64,000 bases of DNA from Protoeuglena noctilucae. Lineage: Eukaryota. How positions within the stretch are numbered: the stretch's first letter is position 1; every line of letters begins with the position of its first letter. A program made the translations under genes and the position numbers. The notes beneath the pieces are model-generated. The model saw only the letters and a list, made by a program, of their open reading frames with translations, had not been told where the DNA came from and searched no databases. Of the stretch, positions 37,014-46,606 are shown one piece after another. The stretch is from NCBI GenBank assembly GCA_958009085.1, contig OY253672.1:1364001-1428000 (forward strand), written 5' to 3'.

Positions 37014-39320
37014 ATGGCTGGCCCTGAGGGCCCCACAGTGAAGAAGAAGAGAAAGCACAGTTTGCAGGTGGAAGAGTCCGCAGTAAATAAGCGTGCCGGT
37101 GAGCAGCAATTCAGAGTTATATTGTACCAGAGGCTCGCGGCGTTCCGTCGAGTCGCCAAACGTATTGCCTTTGGTCTGTCCCGATTCTTTGTAGGTGGTA
37201 GTGATGGCGGGCGTGGCAAGAAGCGTCGCCGTGGTCGCGGGGCGTCGGGAGGTGCTGGGCCCACCGACCTTGGGAGCGCGCAGGTGATGGCGCCAGCGCC
37301 GCGCTTGCATGCAGGCCGCGCTCTCGCCCTGCACGTGCGGGCGAGGTAATGTTCCCGCTGGAGTGCCTGGTTGTTTCAGTAGCCCGCCCGTCCCTCCCTG
37401 CAGAGCGCTGCGGAGCTGGAGGCCTGGGGCCTGGACCGCCTGTCCCTGGAGTTGACCCTTCGAGGCCTCAAGACCGGCGGCTCTCTCAAGGATCGCGCAA
37501 CGCGGCTGTTCGCCAGCCGGGACACGCCCTGGGCGCAGTGGAAGCCCCGTGACTGGAGTAGCATGGCCAAGCGATGCGTGGAGGCGGTGGCAGCCGAGTG
37601 CGGGTCCCCAGCCGAGGGGCGCATCGAGCGCGGGCGACTGGTGCTAGTGAGTACCCGCCCACACCCTCTACTCTTCTATTGACCCAAATTAAGCTGGGGT
37701 AGGAGTCCGGTGTCGGGCGTTGGTGCCTACGGGCAGCAGTCAGCGCCAGCCTTCCTTCCCGCAGGTGCATTGGGACTCAAAGATGGTGTTCAGTGGCACG
37801 GCGCTCCGGAAGGACGGCAAGCCCTTGCCAGTGGGTCACGTCGACTCTGGCGGGGCGCTTCACGTGGAGTGGCACGAGGAGGGAGGGACTGAGGGTGCCA
37901 GGAAGGACGTGGAAAGCGCCAGGAGCCAAAAGCGCAAGGGCGTTGCGGGTGCTCAAGCCGCGTTGGGATCGGGCGGTCCGAGTGTGGAGGCGGCGACTGC
38001 GGCGGATGAAGAGGCGTCTGCCCCTGCGGTGCGCTTCCCATTCGAGACAGAGGCCGACGATCACTGGTGAGCGTGAGAGAGACCCTTTTAGTCCTTCATG
38101 TGACCTTTGGATGAACAGTCCGGTCGCAGTGGCATGACTGCTGACACTCCACCCCACATAGGCCTCCACCTGTCTGTCAAGGCCACCACCAGAGGTATCA
38201 TTGTTACCCGTCTCCTGGCCATACTTTCTTGCGACCATTTCCACCCTCCTTGCCCTTTCAGCGAGTCCCCATTTGAGGCATATCGCGACGTGGCGACAGT
38301 GCTGGACGTCATTGCTGCCGCCCTGGGCAAGACCCGGGCGGACCTGCGCATCTACGACCCTTACTACTGTTCCGGACGTGTCGTCGAACATTTGGCGTCG
38401 CTGGGGTTCCTCCAAGTGAGCCTCCGCTGGTGGTGCAATGGCGACCGAGGTACGTCACGGGGCATGTTTTGTAACTGCGATGCTGAGATGCGAAAGATTA
38501 AGGATGCGGTACATTCCGCTGCTACAAGCATTGGCCCTGGCACTTTGTCCCCCAGGTGTACAACAAGTGCGAGGATTTCTATGCCGTGGTGGCAGAGGGC
38601 CGCGTGCCAGAATACGATGCCCTGGTGACCAACCCCCCTTACTCGAGGGACCATTTGGAGAGGATCGTACAGTTCTGCGTAACGCAAGACAAGCCCTGGC
38701 TCTTGCTGCTGCCCAACTTCGGTGAGCATGTTGACATGGGCCAGCATGGGCTGCTAGGGGTATCGTATGGTCCAGGTCAGGCGTACACCCTTGTTGCTCG
38801 CCATCCACGCAGTGTACCAGAAGGATTTCTACATGCGCTTGACGGATGCCGAGCGCCCCGCGTACCTCGCCCCACGCAAACGGTACACCTACTGGACGCC
38901 CAAGGCCCTCAAGCGGGGCAAGCACACGCACACGGGTGAGCGCAGGCGTGCGCTTGTACGTCGCAAGTGGCATGTATGGGCCAGCGCCCTCATGACGGTG
39001 ATCCTGAGCCATGCCGGCTTCGGTGGTGGCGTGCAGGCACCATGGGCGAGCGCACGTCTCCCTTTGTCAGTTTCTGGTACCTGGGTCTGAAGAAGCTCAG
39101 GAAGCGCGTGGTTAAGGAGTGGGGCTCGTCCCACAGCACGTGCGCTCTGGCGCCAGACGCGGCTGCGCTGCCGCATGGTGTGATGGACGTGAACGATCCC
39201 AACCGAAAGAGGGCGAAGAACGCGGCGAAGGAAGAGAGGAGGAGGTTGCGCAAGGAGGGCGCGGGGGCAGACCGGGTACGCGGGGTGGGTCGGGAGTCGG
39301 GTGGTGGGGTTGCTGACTAG
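37014..39320 (+). CDS. Putative N6-adenine (amino) methyltransferase with an NPPY motif and an N-terminal SDE2/SF3A3-type SAP domain
   Basis: About 8 exons. SAAELEAWGLDRLSLELTLRGLKTGGSLKDRATRLF (SAP-like), then DDHCESPFEAY, IYDPYYCSG, EDFY, LVTNPPYS, KPWLLLLP and SPFVSFWY. Confidence 0.75.
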
Positions 39321-39740
39321 GGCACACTGTGGCAGCACGACGACACTCTCCACAGCGTGTGGACGCATGAGTGCACGAATTCGTCGTCATTTCGCTTTGA
39401 AAGGCTGCTCCATTGCCGGCGGCCAGCCATGGCACGTTGTGCAAAGCCGAGGAACGCAATCAATAGACAAGCTCCTGCTACGACCGCATGGTGTGGACAA
39501 CACTGCACGCATGGACCTGCGCGTGCTGACGAACTGATCGCAGCCGCCTTGTGCAACGGGGGCCCACGTGGGGCGGCGGTGGCGGGCGCTGTAGGGACGG
39601 TCACGGACGTGGACATGTGCATGCATGGGTCGTCACGGACCAGGGGCGCCCAGGCACCCTAAAAAGACTCAGAAACATAGCTCGGCAAGAAACGAAGCGA
39701 CCCAGGGGGTCACATGGGACTTGCGAGGACGTGTCGGGGA

Positions 39741-41861
39741 TCAGAGGCCCATGCGCTCGTCCACGGTGTGGGCCCTCTCCATGGAGTTCTTGGTGACGCA
39801 GAAGAGCACGAACTCGGCCAGGCTGATCTTGTTGTCCTTGTTCCGGTCCATGCTTTGCACCAGGCTGCGGGCAGCAGGTGCACGATGCATGCTTTACGAA
39901 AGCACTGCTGCTGTGCCACGCACCGCCCCCGCCCGCCCCGCCCCTCGCCTGCTGATCTCCTCACGCCGGGTGTCGCGGTGGCTGTTCTCCGCGCTCATCT
40001 CCTTCATGAGGACCTTTTCGAGCTCCTCGATGCGGATGAACCCGTCGTCGTTGAGGTCGAATATGCTGAAGGCCCGCTTGGCCTCACGGAAGGCGCTGTC
40101 CCCCCGGATGCCCCCGTCTGTCAGCAGGAAGGCCTCGATCGCCACGTATAGCCAGTCGTCCTGCGTCAGCCCCTTCGACGCGTCCACCCCCGCCTTGGAC
40201 AGCATGTCCCGCATCTGCTCCGGCGTCAGCGCGATGCCCTGCGCCTGCAGCACGCGCTCGGCGTCCTCGACCTTCATGCGCCGGGCGTGGTCCGAGAACA
40301 TGTCAAACTCCTCGATCAGCTCCCGGCGCACGTCCTGCAGCGCGTAGTCCTCCCCCACCTGCAGGGAGGGCCCGGGGGACGTGCGGTGAGGCTCACCGCC
40401 GGCTGCGAGATTTGATGTCATCGGCCTAAGCAGCAAACAGGGCGAGTTTGAGCGACACACTCAGCGCCGGCGGTGCATGGATGGCCTCCCACACTGCTGC
40501 GCACGACTCGACTTGCCTCGATGAAGGCGCGCTCGATGGCGCTCGTGAGGGGCACGCCGACCGCCAGCACCACGGGCGACGTCATGATGTTGTCCACGAA
40601 CTCGTCGAGGTCGATCTTGCCGTCCTTGTTGGCGTCGAAGCGCTGCGAAGAAGGACGGGCGTGCCGCTGCTCGTCCACTGGTGGTGCCCGCGTGCCACCA
40701 TGCCACAAGTTCTTCACCCAGGTTGCGGCGGGGCGCCTGCCATTCCATTCGCACACCTGGAGGAACGACTGGACGTTTTTGGCGTCCACATCGATCCCCT
40801 TTGACCTCAGGAAGTTCTCAATGTCCGCCTGCGTGGCGTAGCCGTCCCCATCTGCATGTGCGTAAGTGCGTTGGAGCGCCCGTCATGTGTAATGGTTAGG
40901 GTTAGGGGAAAGATGTGCAAGGCGTTCAATACATTCCGACCCGGCCCGGCCGTGCACGTTCACGCCGCGCAGCACCGGCGCTCACCCATGTCGAACCGTG
41001 CAAACTCCCGCTTCACTTTGGAGAGGAAGTCGGCGTCGACTTGCCGCATGATGACCTTGAGCACCTCCAGGAACGTGAGCGTCTTCTCCCCCGGCTTCAA
41101 GGCGCTCTTGAACAGCTCCTGCGCCTGGTCCTTCTCCTTCTCTGTGGCATCGGTCCACGCGTTGCCGAAGAGGAGGTGCAGGTACTGTGGCACCTGCGAG
41201 CGGGACGCCGGGTGCGCCACGCCGATGACGCGTCCCGTGCGCGATGCGTCGCGACGGGCGCTTGGAAGGGGCAGGTGCGCGCGGACGGAGCGGGCTTGCC
41301 TTGGCGAGCGAGAGGGTGTTGTCCGCCTCGCAGAGCTTCTCGAAGATGGCCCGCGCTCGCATGCGCTGCGCCTGGTCCAGAATCACGCCACTCATGCTGC
41401 TGAGCTGCGAGCGAGGAGACGTGCGGGGGGCGTGCGGGCACACTCGCATGCATGACGTCGAGGGAGGCTGCCAACGGACCGTGTGGTCTCCCCGGGCGAG
41501 ACCGACGAGGTGCCCTTGCAACTCCCATCGTATCAGCTTCCGTGTAAGGCAGGCGGGCGTCCCGAGCCAGCGTTTGCGCGAGAACTCGCAAAAACCCCTA
41601 ACCGCACTTCCCAGGCGTTGTGCGTCGCGCACAGCACGCGATGGCCGCGACGCGCCGCCGTCGCCTCCCAATCACCTCCATTTGCAGCTTGGTGCGGGCG
41701 CCGGCGAGCATCTTGCGCCGATCGATCGAGTCATCCGGGCCGGGCATGGTCGTCGCGGTTCCAGCGGTCCGTAAAGAGCCGTTAGCACTGCCCTTGGTAG
41801 ATGGCTCCTTTCTCTGCGTGGAAGTGGTCTCGTCGGGCACTTTGCTTGCGCAGCCGCCCAT
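39741..41861 (-). CDS. Multi-EF-hand calcium-binding protein with an N-terminal acylation motif
   Basis: Starts MGGCASK. EF loops DMDGDGYATQAD, DANKDGKIDLDE, DLNDDGFIRIEE and DRNKDNKISLAE lie over about 7 exons. Confidence 0.88.
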
Positions 41862-42125
41862 TGGCACGCTGGAAGAGGGCAATGCGGGATCCGACACGCC
41901 AACGGACGACAGATCGGCGTGTGGTAGCCTCGCAATCAGCCCATGCCTGCCCCCAAAGCCTTCCCGCTCTCAGAAACTCCGTTCCAGCGTTTGTGTGATT
42001 GCCCTATTGCACGAGATTTGCGAATTGGCTCGCCATCTGCGCTCCCGGTGCTCTGTTTCGGGCGCGTCGATCGCCAGGTCGGGCATCCGTGTCGGGCGCG
42101 CCGGCGTTGCCTCGCTGCTCGCCTC

Positions 42126-45100
42126 ATGACGGCGCGCGTCCTGCCCCGGGGCCATCCGGGGCCATCCCAGGCCGCGTCGACCTGCGACCCGAGCCCCTTT
42201 TCCGAGGATGAGGTGGAGAAGTTGATAAGGGATCTGCATTTCGGCGCAGAGGCGAAGGCGAGACGGCGCCTGCTGGGCCCAGCGTGGCAGTCCTCCCCGG
42301 ACGCAGGACGCGCGCAGCAGATCCTCCTGACCCGATCTGAAACGTGTGTTTGTGTTCCCATTCAGGAGGCCCAGAAGGACGAGCCTGGGGCTCACCAGAT
42401 GTGGCTGCACCTCCTCGTCGCGCTCACGGGTGAGGCTCGTCCGCTGCAGCAGACGGCAGCCGCTGCGCCGTACACTCGCCAATCGCGGGGACGCGCATAT
42501 TGTCTCCAAGCTGCAAAGCGCGGCCTGACCAATGGCCGCAGGGCTGCGAGGACCCCCCGACCGTCCGGGACCTGCCAGCGTCGACCTCCTCTGTGATATG
42601 TGCCGAACCCACCTGCCGGTGCTCGCGTCTGCGTACGACGAGGCCGCCCGCGACGCCGTCGCAGGACTTCAGGTGCTGCAGGACAGCTGCTGCAAGATGG
42701 TAACGCGGGTGCACACACGAACGCACGCATGCTTGACCTCCCATCCATGCGCCCCTGCCCCGCAGACGCCCACGCCCTCGGGCCCTCGCCCTGCCGACAC
42801 CCTCACGTACGCCGATCTCCTGTCAGACCCCGTCCTTGGCCGGGAGCTCCTCCCAGACCCGACCAGCCCCGATGCGGCCTCCCTGGACCCTTGGGGATTG
42901 CCCCCTGGGCCGGGCGAGTGCCGAACCGACGCCAGCCAGGGCCGGGGTTTCGACGGCGGGAGCGACAGGGGTGGTCATCGGGTCGCACCGGACTCCGCGC
43001 CTGCCCCGGGGGCTGTGCGCGTGCCACCCTGGGTCGCTGCCGAGGAGGCAAGGGCCGCACAGGGTCAGGGCCCCGCATCCACGGGACAGGTGAGTTGCTG
43101 CCACACCTGCGCTGCCACAGTGCCTGCATTGCCACAGCAACTGCGCTGCCACAGCACCTGCGCTGTTGCCGTGCCGTTGCGGTAGTCTTGAGCAAAGCAC
43201 GAAGGACTAAGGTCGTTCCGTGCGTCACGGAAGCACGTAGCACGAACCGCGGACGCCCGTTGGGTCCCAGGTTGCTGCCAAGCGCCCGGCTCCCGACGCT
43301 TCCATAGGCCGGCCCGGCAAGCGGCCCACGGCGGACGGGGCTGGCAACTCGGCAGGCCCTTGGGGTCCTGCTGGCCGTGGCGGGGGTGACATGGGGCCGC
43401 GGGGCACCTGGGAAGGGCCCGGGTCAGGCAACAGCGACGAGGGGGGGGAGCGGGCGATGATGCCGGGGATCGAAGGTGGGGATGCGGCTGGGGAGGGTAT
43501 CAGGGGTGGTATCGAAGGACATGGTTGCATCGTTTGGGAGAAAGGGTTCGGTGTACCTACCACCCCTTTGCTGGGTGTCGAGCGTGGTTAATCCCACACA
43601 TTCTGTATCTGCGAGCCTATCTTGCCCGACTACCCGCACCTGACAGTCTCCGTGCCTGTCGCGATGTGCAGGAGACACACCCGAGGCGTCGCGGACCGCC
43701 TATGCCTCCATGTTCCGCACGGCTACGGCGCAGCTAAGAGAAGACGCCAAACGCAACCCGGCGTCATCGGGGAGACCCGTGGCGGAGCTCGGCGGCGGCA
43801 CGGGGGCGGCAGTGGCTGGGCGGGGACCTTACGGGGGCCTCGGGAAGGCCCGGGGGGGCCGGCGGCTGGGGATGGGTGCGGGGGCGGGGAGCGTGCGGGG
43901 AGGTTTCATCCCGCCCTTTGTTCGCAAGGGGATGGAGGACGGGGATGGGGGTGGTGGTGGGCGGGGTGATGCGGGGGCCAAAGGAGCGGGGAGGGAAGGG
44001 GATGGGCGGCTGGTGAGGGGGGGGATGGAAGGGTGGGGGGTTTGGATGCGTGCACACGAGGTGCGGGGGCTATGGACGGTCGTGTTTGCTGGTCTTCAGC
44101 CACCATCTGTCACATCATCTGCGCCGATGCCAGTATCATGTGCATCGCCTATCAATACATGTATCTAGCGCTCTCAATTCCTGCATTTGTCTCTCTGCCC
44201 GTGCAATGCAGTCCCCCAAGACCCTGGCGCTGCTGGGGGTGCCCGAGGGGGGCGAGGTGCCAGAATCCATCGCGCGTCTGGACCCGGAGATCGTGGAGGC
44301 GGTGTGCAGCGAGGTGGTGGAGGGCAGGGCCACGGTGACGTGGGAGGACATTGCTGGGCAAGAACACGCCAAGGTAAGCGAAAAGGGGCGCAGGTGGGAT
44401 TCGATGCGCGGATGGGGTGGCTAGGAGGCATGTGCGGATGCCTCATGAGGTCTTGTAACACCACACGAAGGGCGGGGCATCGCACATGCTTCCCTCCTCA
44501 CCCTATCAACCGTCCATCAGGCCCCTCGCACCCTCGCACCCTCACCTCCACCAGCAGTGCCTGCCTCAGATTTAATTCACACACACCCAACCCCACCCCC
44601 CCTTCGCCCCCGCAGCGCCTGATTCAGGAGATGGTCGTGTGGCCGATGCTCAACCCCCACCTCTTCACTGGCGCCCGTGCCCCACCCCGCGGCATCCTCC
44701 TCTTCGGTCCCCCGGGCACTGGCAAGACCCTTCTGGGCAAGGCCATCGCCACCAATATCCACGCCACGTTCTTCAGTATCTCTGCCAGTTCTCTGACAAG
44801 CAAGTGGATCGGGCAGGGAGAGAAGCTCGTGCGGGCGCTCTTTGCCGTCGCGGGGGTCGTGCAGCCGTCAGGTGAGTGGTGCGAGAGGTGGTGGGTGGAT
44901 GGGGTGACAGATGGTGGGGCGAGCATGGTGGGATGGCGCGGTGCAGCCGTCGGGTGAGTGGGGCAGGAGGTGGTGGGTGGGGTGGTCGGTGGGCTGTCTA
45001 TGCATGGCGAGCGGTGGGGTAAGGCAAGTGCAGGGTCAACCCAGCCAACCCTTGTGAGCCATTCTTCTCCAACAACTTGTGTCCTGTTCCTTCCCACTCC

Positions 45101-46324
45101 CAGTCATCTTTATTGATAAAATTAACACCATCTCTCTCTATCCCCCCTCAGTCATCTTCATCGACGAGATCGACTCCATTCTGTCGGCGCGCAAGGCCGA
45201 CGGGGAGCACGAGGCGTCGCGGCGGCTCAAGACGGAGATCCTGGTGCAGATGGAGGGCATCGATCCCAGCAGCGACCAGGTAAGACACCGTGTCACCTCA
45301 CTGCACCTACCTCACCCTCACCCTCACTGCCACCCTCACCCTCACCCTCACCCTCACCCCCACCCCCACCCCCACCCCCACCCCCACCCTCACCCTCACT
45401 GCTACCCTCACTGCCACCCTCACTGCCACCCTCACCCTCACCCACCCACCCACCACCCCCAGCGGCGTGTCCACATCATCGGCGCCACCAACCGCCCCGA
45501 GGAGCTGGACGAAGCCGCGCGGCGCCGCCTGCCCAAGCAGCTCTACATCCCCCTGCCCTGCGCCCTGGCCCGCCGTGACATGGTGCTGCGGCAGCTGTCG
45601 CCCGACCGAGGGGCTGTGGCATCGGACCTCAGCGGCCCAGACCTGGACAAGCTCGTGGCCCGCACCGAGGGGTACTCCGGTTCTGACATGAAGAACCTGA
45701 TTCAGGAGGCCTGTCAGGGGCCCGTGCGGGACGCCGTGGCGAGGCTGGGGGCGCGCATTGCGGACCTCTCGCCCAGCGATCTCAGGCCCGTGGTGCTGAA
45801 GGACTTTCAGGCGAGGCGAATGATAGCAATGATACTAGTGACAGTAATGATACTAATGTTACTATTGGTACTAATGATACTACTGATGGTAATGATACTA
45901 ATGATAATGATAATGATAATGATGACGCGGTGTGGGATGTTGTGTCGTCCACTGCAGCAAGTTTGACAGTTTGACAGCGATCTTGGTCTGGGGAGTGTGG
46001 CTGGCATTTGTGCCAATTTGCTTCAGCGTGTATGTACATGCTGGAGCCGATCCGCGCACATGCTGATTATGCTCCCCACGAGATAATGCTGTATAATACC
46101 TGCCTGCCGACCATGCCATACCTGGCCACCCGTACCTGCCCACTTCACCCATTTTATGCCCACCCACACGCCTGCCCTGCATGTCCCCTCCCCTTCAGAT
46201 CGCTGCGCGTGCCCAGAAGGCATCCGTGGCGCCGGATGAGATCAAGCGATACGAGGAGTACGACGCGAGGCACGGGGCGCATTACGCGCAGGACGGGCAG
46301 GGCGATGATGATGGGGAGGAGTGA
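42126..46324 (+). CDS. FIGL1: Fidgetin-like 1 AAA+ ATPase
   Basis: FRTA and GFIPPFVRK motifs, [26 protein letters not shown] (Walker A), VIFIDEIDS (Walker B), [16 protein letters not shown] and EGYSGSDM. The 5' exons are less certain. Confidence 0.88.
43097..43166 (+). repeat. Intronic minisatellite, unit ~GCTGCCACAGCACCTGC
   Basis: About 4 imperfect copies just after a FIGL1 donor site. Confidence 0.75.
45293..45460 (+). repeat. (CACCCY)n hexamer microsatellite in a FIGL1 intron
   Basis: Long run of CACCCT/CACCCC units, G-rich on the minus strand. Confidence 0.95.
45820..45925 (+). repeat. AT-rich (ATGATA/ATACTA)n microsatellite in a FIGL1 intron
   Basis: Sharp AT-rich island, ATGATAGCAATGATACTAGTG...ATAATGATAATGATG, in GC-rich surroundings. 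Confidence 0.9.
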
Positions 46325-46606
46325 TAAGAGTGGGGATGGGGAGTGGTGATAAGAGTGGTGGTGGGGAATTTCCTAGCATGAGAGCATTCAACTGTGGTGC
46401 CTTGCGATGTTGAATAACGACAGCCCAAACGCTTGGGTGATACGCTTCAATACGGCATTCTACCCTAAGCAAGCAGCCAGCTGCCCATCGTCTTTGACCC
46501 ACACGACCGGTCCCTCCCGCTCACTGCCTAGCTCCCACACTTGCGCCAGCCTGCCCCTCACACCGTCGCCACCATACACAACGGTGCACCCCCCCACCAC
46601 ACACCG

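Noticed and set aside
40894..40908. GGTTAGGGTTAGGGG telomere-like sequence
   Set aside because: Only two units inside an intron, too short to call an interstitial telomere.
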